Assembly: GCA_041178085.1 (NCBI GenBank)
Contig: JBEGVZ010000067.1
Location: 1 to 32,719, forward strand
DNA: 32,719 bases
DNA from: Pseudomonadota bacterium
GTDB lineage: Bacteria; Bdellovibrionota_B; Oligoflexia; Oligoflexales; RGVZ01
Direction: 5' to 3'
Below, piece by piece: positions 20,007-28,396 of the stretch. Position 1 is the stretch's first letter, and the number at the start of each line of letters is the position of its first letter. Both the position numbers and the translations under genes were made by a program. The notes beneath the pieces are model-generated. The model was not told where the DNA came from. It saw nothing but the letters and a program-made list of their open reading frames with translations, and did no database searches.

Positions 20007-20126
20007 AAACCGGCCGGGAGCCTGAAAACCTCCCATCCCGCGGGTAACTCCGGAGCGCCTGTTCCGGTGTCCACGACTCGCTGCCTGTAACGGGCCCGGC
20101 CACATGTCGCAAATTGAGGAGGGTTC

Positions 20127-21146
20127 ATGTTGCGACTCAATCGCCGCCAGAGAGTTTTTTTGTACCCGGTTACTAACGGGTGCCTCAGGGGGCTTTTTTC
20201 TATTGGCATGCTTCTGCTTGCATCCGGTTGCTTGACGTCCGGTCTCCGGGACGGGGTGATCTATCAGGTCAAGGTCGAGAATGGCGACACGCTGGCGAGT
20301 CTGGCCGGTCGTTTTGACACGTCCTGGCAACGCATTGCTCGCATGAATGGTTTGAACGGTAAGAATCCTTTGCGCGTTGGCCAGGTTTTGCGGATTGCGG
20401 CCGGCCCCGGAGGAGAGGGGTTCCAGGTTGGCAGTCTGGACGAGCAAGTCAGCCCCGGTGGTGGACGCCGTTCACCAGGGCGGGTTGTTTCCAAAGGTCG
20501 CGGCCAGGTGCCTGTTCGTGACGAGAGGCCGATCGAGGAGCCAGCCGGTAATCCGAGTTCTGAAGATGACAAGGTCTGGCAGGAAGAAGACTTGAATGCC
20601 CCGCGCAAGACGCCCGGCGCGCGTGACGATGACGATGTCCGCCCATCCCGCAGTTCATCGATTCGTGGGAACTTGATGGGTGACCCGGCGGAGAATTTTG
20701 TCATTCGATGGCCGGCAAGGGGTGAGGTTTCTTCGGTGTGGGGTCCCCGCTGGGGGCGCTTCCACAACGGAATCGACATCCGTGCCCCCAAGGGCTCCCC
20801 CATCAGTTCTGCGGCCGAGGGCCGGGTGATTTTTGTTGGTCGCCTGAACGGGTACGGAAAAACCGTCATCGTCGATCACGGGCAGTACCGCTCACTCTAC
20901 GGACACTGCGGCAAGATTGTTGCGAAGCAGGGTTCGTGGGTGCGCGCGGGCGCCTTGATCGCCCATGTAGGAATTTCGGGTAATGCCCGGGGCGCACACC
21001 TGCATTTTGAATTGCGGACGAGGCGCGATCAACCCGTGGACCCGATTCCATTCATGGAAGCCAAGCTGCTCAGTTCGAACAGCCGTAAGGTAAAGCGCAA
21101 GTCGTCTACTCGTTCGTCCGGAGTCCGCACTGCGGCATCTCATTGA
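20127..21146 (+). CDS. LysM + M23 metallopeptidase lipoprotein (NlpD-like architecture, Zn ligands intact)
   Basis: Lipobox LASGC. LysM (VKVENGDTLASLAGRF..SWQRIARMNGL...LRVGQVLRI). M23 domain with HNGID (HxxxD) and HLH (HxH). Confidence 0.9.
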   Translation: MLRLNRRQRVFLYPVTNGCLRGLFSIGMLLLASGCLTSGLRDGVIYQVKVENGDTLASLAGRFDTSWQRIARMNGLNGKNPLRVGQVLRIAAGPGGEGFQVGSLDEQVSPGGGRRSPGRVVSKGRGQVPVRDERPIEEPAGNPSSEDDKVWQEEDLNAPRKTPGARDDDDVRPSRSSSIRGNLMGDPAENFVIRWPARGEVSSVWGPRWGRFHNGIDIRAPKGSPISSAAEGRVIFVGRLNGYGKTVIVDHGQYRSLYGHCGKIVAKQGSWVRAGALIAHVGISGNARGAHLHFELRTRRDQPVDPIPFMEAKLLSSNSRKVKRKSSTRSSGVRTAASH

Positions 21147-21158
21147 TGATTTCTTTAG

Positions 21159-21177
21159 GCGGAGGTTTCTCCTCCGC
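21159..21177. terminator. Hairpin between convergent genes, possible bidirectional terminator
   Basis: GCGGAGG-tttct-CCTCCGC, a perfect 7-bp GC-rich stem between the stops at 21146 and 21180. U-tracts are poor. Confidence 0.5.
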
Positions 21178-21179
21178 GT

Positions 21180-21971
21180 TCAGCCGATTTTTTTGAACAC
21201 CTGGTAAGCGTGGGCCGTCGCATAGGCGGCCAGGTTTTTCCGGGCGTCCTCGATGCGCTGATCCTGCGCTTTAATCAAATCCCGCTCTGCCAACCTGTTT
21301 TCTGTTGCGTCGAGTTTGCGCTGGTTGGATTCAATAGCGTTCTGATTTGCCGTCTCCTGCGGTGCCGTCGCCCGCGAAGCCATGAGCCGCGCGATCCAAG
21401 TCCTGTCATGGTTGTTGAGAGCAATGAAGGCGGAGAGTTCTTCCCGGGACAAGGCTAGTCGGTTAAGAAGTTGCGACATTTCGCTCTGCAGCGCACTGAT
21501 GTGGTCCCGACTGCCCAGGACTCTTTTTCGATGGTAGTCGATGGTGAAGAGCAGCGCAGCCTGTGTGAAACGCGAAAGCACGAAAGTGATTTCCCTGGTA
21601 GTCCATTGCTCCCGCTGCAGAACGCGGCGGACTTCCTCTTGCTCCCGGCTCGTCAAGTTACCATTGCGCCAGTAAGTAGCATCGTTCGGGTTTGCCCCTT
21701 CGCTTGCGTCGGGTCGCATGCGTGGGTCTTGTCGCAATTCCGGGTTTTCTCGAAGGCGGTCTGGTTGAATGGGCATGTTCCTTTGAGCGGTGTATTTGAC
21801 TTTAAAGTCGACGACCATCCCGGGAACCGGGCTGGCAGGGGCGCGAAACACAGTCGGATCTTTCACAGCGGGCAGAATTCCGGTCGTCGGTTCGGTCTCG
21901 ATGCTTCGCAACTTTTTGGAAACAGCTTCTGCACGCTCGATGGTGACCGGTTTGAGTAAGTCGATCAGCAT
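21180..21971 (-). CDS. Hypothetical cytoplasmic protein with a C-terminal coiled coil
   Basis: Long ORF filling the gap. ATG 21971 follows an AGGAGG RBS (track start 21998). The C-terminal half is rich in Q/E/R/N heptads. No recognisable family. Confidence 0.7.
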   Translation of the reverse strand: MLIDLLKPVTIERAEAVSKKLRSIETEPTTGILPAVKDPTVFRAPASPVPGMVVDFKVKYTAQRNMPIQPDRLRENPELRQDPRMRPDASEGANPNDATYWRNGNLTSREQEEVRRVLQREQWTTREITFVLSRFTQAALLFTIDYHRKRVLGSRDHISALQSEMSQLLNRLALSREELSAFIALNNHDRTWIARLMASRATAPQETANQNAIESNQRKLDATENRLAERDLIKAQDQRIEDARKNLAAYATAHAYQVFKKIG

Positions 21972-22150
21972 GGGGTCCTCCTGAAAAACAGCACCCATCA
22001 GGAGGAGAACGGCTGGGCTAGAGAGAATCTTTGGTAATCAGGCAGGTATCCGTAATAATTGCTTTTTATCGATATATTTAACGGCCTGGTGGTTGCCAGA
22101 GGATGATTGGTTTGCATTGAGTCTGTTAGCCGGTCTATGAATAGCGACCC

Positions 22151-23284
22151 ATGAACCTGATGTCCGAAACATCCAACTTGAATTCACAGGCCGTTGCAGC
22201 CGCTCCCGGCTCCAATGGTCGTGAGCGATTAGCTGGCCTTGGCGTCAATTTCCCGGTCATGGTTGCGCCGATGGTTGGCATCAGCCACGTCGCGTTTCGC
22301 GCCATGGTGCGTCGTTATGTGCCTTGTGGTCTGAATCCACTTGTTTTCACGGAAATGTTGTCTACGCGCCGGTTGCCATCTGAGCGGCTCGACACCACGG
22401 CGGAACTTCGTTGCACAGATGGCGAACGCGCCGGTGCCGAGGCTTTCATCCCGCAACTTCTTGGCAATGAGGAACGATTTATTGCCCCGAGTGTGGCCAA
22501 GCTTGAGACGCTTGGGCCATGGGGTTTTGATATCAACATGGGATGCCCCGCCACGCATGTCCTGAAGCACAACTGGGGTGTGCGTTTGATGGGTGATCCT
22601 GCCTACGCTGCGGATGTTGTGCGCATGGTACGGAGCGCGACCCAGCGCCCCGTCAGCGTCAAGATGCGGGGTGGTGGTGAAAAGGTTTGTGAGCTCGCCC
22701 ACCTGGACGAGTTCACGCATGCGCTGCAGGAAGCAGGGGCGGATTGGATCACGATTCATGCGCGTGCGCGCGATCAAGGCCACGAAGGTCGCGCTGATTG
22801 GGAACTGGTCGCGGAAATCGCGCGGCGTCGCAAGATTGCTGTCGTTGCCAACGGCGACATCCAGACCGCCGGCGATGTGCTGGCATTGTTGCGCAGTGAG
22901 CGGCCTGTTGATGGCGTCATGGTCGCTCGTGCTGCGACCGTTCGGCCTTGGATTCTTTGGCAGGTTGCAGAGGACCTGGGAATTGACGCGAAACCCCCGG
23001 GTCGTGCCGGTGAATTTGCTCCAAGGTCAGAACTTGAAGAGAGCGCGGAATTCTTCCGTGCCTGTCTGTTCCTGATTGATGACCTGGATTTTTATTTGGG
23101 CGATCGTCCCGATGATGCCTTGAAGAAGTTCAGCTTTTTCGCAGCAACCGGTGCGCGCTGGTTCATGTTTGGACATGCGTTCTGGGCGATGACGCGCAAG
23201 GCAAAATCTATCGATCACCTTCGCAGCCTGGTTCTTGATTACCGCGCCCGCTTTGCACATCCGCTCAAGCAGCGTATTCAGTGA
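22151..23284 (+). CDS. dus: tRNA-dihydrouridine synthase (Dus family)
   Basis: VAPMVGISH.AFR, FTEM, QLLGN, DINMGCP (catalytic Cys), PVSVKMR, ITIHAR, VVANGDI, DGVMVAR. Subfamily not assigned. Confidence 0.92.
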   Translation: MNLMSETSNLNSQAVAAAPGSNGRERLAGLGVNFPVMVAPMVGISHVAFRAMVRRYVPCGLNPLVFTEMLSTRRLPSERLDTTAELRCTDGERAGAEAFIPQLLGNEERFIAPSVAKLETLGPWGFDINMGCPATHVLKHNWGVRLMGDPAYAADVVRMVRSATQRPVSVKMRGGGEKVCELAHLDEFTHALQEAGADWITIHARARDQGHEGRADWELVAEIARRRKIAVVANGDIQTAGDVLALLRSERPVDGVMVARAATVRPWILWQVAEDLGIDAKPPGRAGEFAPRSELEESAEFFRACLFLIDDLDFYLGDRPDDALKKFSFFAATGARWFMFGHAFWAMTRKAKSIDHLRSLVLDYRARFAHPLKQRIQ

Positions 23285-23329
23285 CGGCAAAGCCGGCGTC
23301 AGCATAAAAGTTGCCATCAATCATTCGAT

Positions 23330-23722
23330 CTAGGATCGCTTTGAGCGGATAAAAAAACGCCTTAATGCGGCCAGACTGAAAATCAATGCAGTGTAACTGC
23401 CTTGGAACAAGATCGGTCCGAAAATATATTTCAAGGCCTCAAGTGCATCCGATTTGTAGCCAGGAAAGTACCGCAGGCATGGAAGATAGAGAGTGAAGCC
23501 CACCATTCCTGGAACATAGAGCATCCAGAGACTGCGTCCGAGAAATCCTGCGAATTTGTCGTGGAGTTTGTAAATGATCACAATGGGAGTCAGGTAAACT
23601 GCGAGTAACACAGGGAACAGGATCGCTCCGGCCGCTGTAATCGTACCTCCACTCATTTTCCACAGATCGAGAAGCGCAAGTATGAGCGCTAAAAAACATC
23701 CGGCCAGCAAGGTTTCTTTCAT
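23330..23722 (-). CDS. Small hypothetical integral membrane protein (about 4 TM)
   Basis: 130-aa ORF with four hydrophobic stretches and a basic C-terminal tail. The region looks more AT-rich than its neighbours. Confidence 0.55.
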   Translation of the reverse strand: MKETLLAGCFLALILALLDLWKMSGGTITAAGAILFPVLLAVYLTPIVIIYKLHDKFAGFLGRSLWMLYVPGMVGFTLYLPCLRYFPGYKSDALEALKYIFGPILFQGSYTALIFSLAALRRFFIRSKRS

Positions 23723-23868
23723 TCGGGAATCGTATTAGCGGCAGGGATCAAGATCAAGTGGCCTTGCCTTGTTGCCCAAAACTGCCTCGAAATATGCGTG
23801 GCCGTCTGACGGTGCCAAGAAATCAAACGCCATAACCATGCGGCATGACTGCTATTAATAGGTCTGCT

Positions 23869-23895
23869 TCAGGTGCCTCTGCCGGAAGCCGATAG
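23869..23895 (+). promoter_or_regulatory. Candidate sigma28 (FliA)-type promoter for the Hint lipoprotein gene
   Basis: TCAG-N15-GCCGATAG versus consensus TAAA-N15-GCCGATAA; ends 25 nt before ATG 23921, with RBS AGGGGGGAA in between. Confidence 0.6.
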
Positions 23896-23920
23896 TAAGT
23901 GACAATTCTGAGGGGGGAAC

Positions 23921-24949
23921 ATGAAGGTAACATCAGGAACCAAATCACTTCTGGCCATGGCGCTTGCAAGCCAATTGTTTGCCGCGGGTTGCCGCATCAA
24001 AGACGTCGCAACCGAGTCCAGTCGTGCCGCTGGTAACGGCAAGTCAAGCCGTTCCTCTGACAAGGGTTCCACCTTCATGGGTGACGGGACTGGCGTCAAG
24101 GAGGACCAGGGCGGAAAGGATGTAGCCGAAGTCTCAGAGAAGACCGAGGTACCGGAATGTGCTCTGCTTGACCCGAATGGTAACGTCAGCCAGGTCATCC
24201 CGGGAGGTCCAGCTGGACTGGTAATCCCAGTAAGCAAGTACGTCAAGCAACCCGGCTTGGTGAGCTACTCCTCTCCCTCAGAGGCCAAATTCAAATTCGA
24301 CGTTTTCAGAGGTCCCAACGGCTTGGTTCTTGAGTGGCCTTCCGGCGTTGGCGGCCATTCGCTATATGTTTACGAAGCGACGATTGCCAGCGCTGATACG
24401 GCGAAGTGCACAATTACAGCCAAACTGGTGGACTCGGTGGAAAACCGGACGATGCTTGGCTGTTTCGACCCGGCAACGCGCATTCGCATGGCATCCGGGC
24501 GTGATGTCCGGATCGATGCAGTGAAGCCTGGTGACATGGTTTTCAACCCGATCGTTGGCAAGTCAGTGCCAGTGGTTCGCGTGACCAAAGGTCCCGAGGC
24601 GGGCAAAGGCATGTACCTGATTGGGTTTAAGGGGCAGGGTAACGAACAGGTAAAAGTGACCTCCAAGCATCCGTTCATGACGGACCAGGGCTTGCGAGCG
24701 GCCGAACAACTTCGCAAAGGCGACCGGATTTTGACGGCTGACGGCTCGTTCCGTAAGATTGAAGTGGCGAAGAGTTTGCCTGAGAAGGCTGGTCAAGTTG
24801 TCGTGAACGTGTCCCTTGCTGGAGCCCATCTTGAAGCTAGCCACCACATGGTCCTGGCAAATGGTGTGGTCTCTGGTGATCTGCAGCTGCAGGAGCGCCT
24901 CGAGAACGTCACTCAATTGAGCCTGTCGCGCGCCAAGGTAGCCAAATAG
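23921..24949 (+). CDS. Lipoprotein with a C-terminal Hint (Hedgehog/intein) autoprocessing domain
   Basis: Lipobox FAAGC (C24). Hint begins G180|C181 FDPATRIRMASG...IDAVKPGDMV. Block B VTSKHPF. AEQLRKGDRI. Block F VVNVSL. Block G HMVLANGVVSGD. Confidence 0.9.
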   Translation: MKVTSGTKSLLAMALASQLFAAGCRIKDVATESSRAAGNGKSSRSSDKGSTFMGDGTGVKEDQGGKDVAEVSEKTEVPECALLDPNGNVSQVIPGGPAGLVIPVSKYVKQPGLVSYSSPSEAKFKFDVFRGPNGLVLEWPSGVGGHSLYVYEATIASADTAKCTITAKLVDSVENRTMLGCFDPATRIRMASGRDVRIDAVKPGDMVFNPIVGKSVPVVRVTKGPEAGKGMYLIGFKGQGNEQVKVTSKHPFMTDQGLRAAEQLRKGDRILTADGSFRKIEVAKSLPEKAGQVVVNVSLAGAHLEASHHMVLANGVVSGDLQLQERLENVTQLSLSRAKVAK

Positions 24950-24958
24950 GAATATATT

Positions 24959-26644
24959 TTGACGAGAAAGCACGAAACAAAAGCGGTCGCCCATGCGTTA
25001 AAGCTGGCGGCCGCTTTACTTTTTTTTCCGACTTTTTCCATTTCTTGTCTGCCTAAAAAAGATGAGAAGTCAGTCAACCGTTCTAGCGGAACTGATTGCG
25101 CGTCCTCTGCGGCCTCCTGCAATGCCATCAGGACGTCGTGGGTGCTGGCTGGGTTTTCCGGCCCGGTAAGCCGGCTTGATGCCTCTGCCGGGTTCGCTCC
25201 GCCTGAGGCTGCGCAGCCGGAGGTTGTCGCGCAGCCCGGAGACCGTATCGCACGTTTTTCTACTGCGAAAACGGCGCCAGCGACACAACTGGTCAAGGAT
25301 TCGCAGCAGAGTGCCGTGAAGGCCACCGTGGATTCTCCGGTGGAGTTTCTATTCCGTCCGCGGGACAAAGTGGCAGACGGTTTCGGCTGGTTTCTGCGCG
25401 ATGCTGCAGATGCAGACAAGAATTCCGTCCCTTCGTTCAAACCGTCGGCGGCGGGAGTTGCCGTTTTGAAATTGCCAGAGAAGTCTTTCGCGCAGGGTGA
25501 CCTGTTGTTGCTGAGAGGCGCAGTTCCGCTTGAAATCAAGTTGGAGGACCGGGTTGCATGCTCAGGCATGTCCCTGGAGATGCAGGTTCGTGCGGAGAAC
25601 CTTACGAAGCCACTATCTGCTGGGAAGGTTGCTTTTGACCAGTTTACCCTTCACAAAACGGTCTTCCTGAACACCCTGTCCAGGGTGCCGGAGGCCGGAG
25701 CGTTCAAACTTGAACTGGCATTGGTCGGGGATAAACCAGCTTGTAACATCAAGGTTCTTGAACCTGCGACCTTCACGCTTCTGGTTTTCACCCGCATGAG
25801 CAGGCTTGCTGACTTCAGCGAAGCGGCCAAGTACCTGGTTGAGTCATCCATGAGTGGCGCCGACGATTTTACGGCGCCTGATAGTGTGACCACTTTGCGC
25901 GCCGGCCCGCCCATTGTGACCCTGGCCAGGAAAGACTGGCTGCATGAGAAAGATGATTTCCTCCTGGTTGATGCCTCGGTGACTTTGACGGCCGGTGACC
26001 GGTTCACGGAAACGACTGGATGGCTCCAACTGGCGCGCGCCCCCTCGGGTCTTAACTCTCATCTCACGGCGAACTCCCAGGTGGCTCAGGAGGGGCCGGT
26101 TTTGCAGCGGGTGCACGACTGGGCTTTTGCTGCTAGCGGCGCAGGGAGGACTACGTTTTATCTTAGTATTATGTCGACTGGCGAGAACGAGAAGCCGCTT
26201 GCGGTCAAGAATCCGACCATTGTTTTCCTCCATTTTGGATCCGCAGTTGGAGATGGGACGTCGCTGCAGGTAGCTGATTCGCCAGAGGCGTCAGGCGGAC
26301 GTCAGGTGGATCTTTATGCGATTCGCGCCAAAATGGCTTTCGGACCTTCCAAGCCAGCGGAGGATTCACTGCCCTGCCGTTTCTTCCAGATTGGGGCCCA
26401 AAAGATTCCCGGGGCACCCGGGATTGACGTGCCATCTCCTGTTCACCACAAGTTCAAGACAAGGTGGGTTGGCGCCAACATCGTATTTCCGGTGGTCTAT
26501 TACGAGAACATCTACCACCAGGCGCCGGTATGGACGCTGAGCCCTCCGGCTGGCCGGGAGAACCATTACGCTGACCGGTTTTATGAGGTCACTGTGACCA
26601 ACCCCGCGTCAGTTTCCTGTTCGGCGAGCGCGGCGCGCCGCTGA
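24959..26644 (+). CDS. Hypothetical secreted (lipo)protein, 561 aa
   Basis: TTG start 9 nt after the Hint gene stop, with TAGGAA upstream. Basic N-terminus plus a hydrophobic stretch ending FSISC. Beta-rich appearance with several Cys. No family recognised. Confidence 0.7.
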   Translation: MTRKHETKAVAHALKLAAALLFFPTFSISCLPKKDEKSVNRSSGTDCASSAASCNAIRTSWVLAGFSGPVSRLDASAGFAPPEAAQPEVVAQPGDRIARFSTAKTAPATQLVKDSQQSAVKATVDSPVEFLFRPRDKVADGFGWFLRDAADADKNSVPSFKPSAAGVAVLKLPEKSFAQGDLLLLRGAVPLEIKLEDRVACSGMSLEMQVRAENLTKPLSAGKVAFDQFTLHKTVFLNTLSRVPEAGAFKLELALVGDKPACNIKVLEPATFTLLVFTRMSRLADFSEAAKYLVESSMSGADDFTAPDSVTTLRAGPPIVTLARKDWLHEKDDFLLVDASVTLTAGDRFTETTGWLQLARAPSGLNSHLTANSQVAQEGPVLQRVHDWAFAASGAGRTTFYLSIMSTGENEKPLAVKNPTIVFLHFGSAVGDGTSLQVADSPEASGGRQVDLYAIRAKMAFGPSKPAEDSLPCRFFQIGAQKIPGAPGIDVPSPVHHKFKTRWVGANIVFPVVYYENIYHQAPVWTLSPPAGRENHYADRFYEVTVTNPASVSCSASAARR

Positions 26645-27726
26645 GGTGCGAGAAGATCCAGCCCCAGACCTTTTCCGGTCGGCACGGGAAGTTCACATGT
26701 ATGCCTTGTCCATGGGCTTCCGGTCGTGATGGCGTTCTTCAGAAAAAATGGCGTATCAAGATCAATAAATCGGAAGCTGTCCAGCCCGCAGGCCATGTGC
26801 AGGGAAAAGCCCATCGCAATTTCCGTTTCGACCATGCCACCGATCATCATTCCAAGGCCCAATGCGCGAGCCGTCGCAATCATTCGAAGTGATTCAATGA
26901 CGCCTGATTTTGTGATTTTGATATTGATCATCCCGCCTGCGCCAAGGCGGGCAGCTTTCGCCACGTCGGCGGCGCACATGACGGATTCGTCGAGTAGTAA
27001 AGGAACAGGCGAGGTTGCTGAAAGTTTCGCAAGGCCCTTCCAGTTGTCCTTGGGTAGCGGCTGTTCAAAGCATGACGGATTGATTCCCAGTTCAGCGAGC
27101 TCCTTGAGAAGCTTGTGCGCAGAATCGAGGGCATAGCCCTGGTTTCCATCAAGGAGTATCTCGCAACTTTCCCCGTCACGGTTTCCTTTTGCCCAATCAT
27201 GTGTCGCCAGTACGCTATCGATATCTGATACAACGTCGCCAGAAACCTTGACCTTGTAAGTGGAAAACTTGTGAGCCCTGAACCTTTCAAGAAATGGCTT
27301 AACTTGGTCTGGCTTCATGACCGGCACTGTCAGGTCCGTTTTGACAGTCGGGGCACATGTCGTGCGAGGCGAACCGAACAGCCGCCAGAGGGGTGTTCCA
27401 TGTTGACGGGCAATCAAGCCAAGCAGAGCACATTCGACAGCGCACAAGGCACTGGGATCGCCCATCAAGACTGTTTTTTCTGCGCGAAGGACGTCGATCG
27501 CGTTGTGGTGCTTGTGGCGTGCCAGGAAGTCTTCAATGCGGTTGGCCGTGTCGGCAAGTCGCTGACCAGAAACAGCAGAAAACGGTGCGGCTTCGCCGAT
27601 TCCAGTGTTTCCGTATTCGTCTCTGAGCACGACAATCGCACATTGTGCGGTTTGCATTGTCCCGCCGGAGATCGCAAATGGCGTGTGGAGCGGGAAATCA
27701 TGGATATCAATCACATGGTTGAGCAT
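26581..27726 (-). CDS. Dipeptide (L-Ala-D/L-Glu) epimerase, enolase superfamily MLE subgroup
   Basis: PLHTPFAIS.G, GIGEAAP, YKVKV (KxK), LDGNQG, FEQP, LDES, INIK, GGMVE, and DLD, the DxD motif typical of dipeptide epimerases. Confidence 0.88.
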   Translation of the reverse strand: MLNHVIDIHDFPLHTPFAISGGTMQTAQCAIVVLRDEYGNTGIGEAAPFSAVSGQRLADTANRIEDFLARHKHHNAIDVLRAEKTVLMGDPSALCAVECALLGLIARQHGTPLWRLFGSPRTTCAPTVKTDLTVPVMKPDQVKPFLERFRAHKFSTYKVKVSGDVVSDIDSVLATHDWAKGNRDGESCEILLDGNQGYALDSAHKLLKELAELGINPSCFEQPLPKDNWKGLAKLSATSPVPLLLDESVMCAADVAKAARLGAGGMINIKITKSGVIESLRMIATARALGLGMMIGGMVETEIAMGFSLHMACGLDSFRFIDLDTPFFLKNAITTGSPWTRHTCELPVPTGKGLGLDLLAPQRRAALAEQETDAGLVTVTS

Positions 27727-27766
27727 GTGTTGTCAGTGGCCTTTCTTGGTGGAGTCCGGTGTTCGG

Positions 27767-28327
27767 TTACTCGGTCTCGCCCAAGAATAGCGTAAATGAA
27801 GGTGCCGATATAGAGGCAGCTGTTGCTGATTCCTCATCTGCCTCCGTGATGGTCTTGCCCCAGTTTGCGCGGATGGTGATAACGGTTTCCTTGCCCTTGG
27901 TGATGGAGAACGCCTCGTTCATTATGAGGTCGCCGGAATCAAGAACCAGTGTGTTCTCGTCCTGGGCCTCGTCCAGCACCACAACAGCAGGGTCCAACTT
28001 CACTGTGGCTGAAACAAAAGTTGTTCCTTCGTAGGTGGCGAGATCGGTGGTCGACCAAAGCTCCTGGGCGCGGGTGATGATCCTGCGCTCCAGGGGATCG
28101 CCGTCATAAAGATCTACCGCTGCGGATCCGTCCTCGGGTTGCAAGGAGAGGTTGTTGAACAAATAGACCTGTGCCATGGGCGACTTGCTTCCCGTGGCGC
28201 CTGTTGGCTGGGTCTGTGACCCCGCCATGCGGACGCGGATTTTTGTATCGCTGCTCAAGGTCGTGCCGCATCCGGCAAGTCCCTGTAATGACAGGATCAA
28301 TAAAAAAGTTATCAATAATTTCAGCAT
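27767..28327 (-). CDS. Hypothetical lipoprotein
   Basis: MLKLLITFLLILSLQGLAGC lipobox. Acidic, beta-rich mature domain. ATG 28327 preferred over 28384. Confidence 0.75.
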   Translation of the reverse strand: MLKLLITFLLILSLQGLAGCGTTLSSDTKIRVRMAGSQTQPTGATGSKSPMAQVYLFNNLSLQPEDGSAAVDLYDGDPLERRIITRAQELWSTTDLATYEGTTFVSATVKLDPAVVVLDEAQDENTLVLDSGDLIMNEAFSITKGKETVITIRANWGKTITEADEESATAASISAPSFTLFLGETE

Positions 28328-28396
28328 GTTGTGTTCACCCTGAAAAATCCTCTGCCTTTCCTTGGTTATCGGCTGTTTTTTCACGGGCTTTACGGG

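Noticed and set aside
20007..20126. Structured RNA or riboswitch in the surE-M23 gap
   Set aside because: Only short GC-rich stems (GGGAG/CTCCC) are visible, with no recognisable family motif.
23734..23765. Sigma28 promoter on the minus strand for the small membrane gene (GCCGCTAA)
   Set aside because: The -10-like box has no -35 match at the required 15-nt spacing.
24461..24949. Canonical intein or pretoxin-Hint toxin
   Set aside because: No terminal His-Asn, the +1 residue is Leu, there is no endonuclease insert, and only ~22 residues follow, so there is no C-extein or toxin domain.
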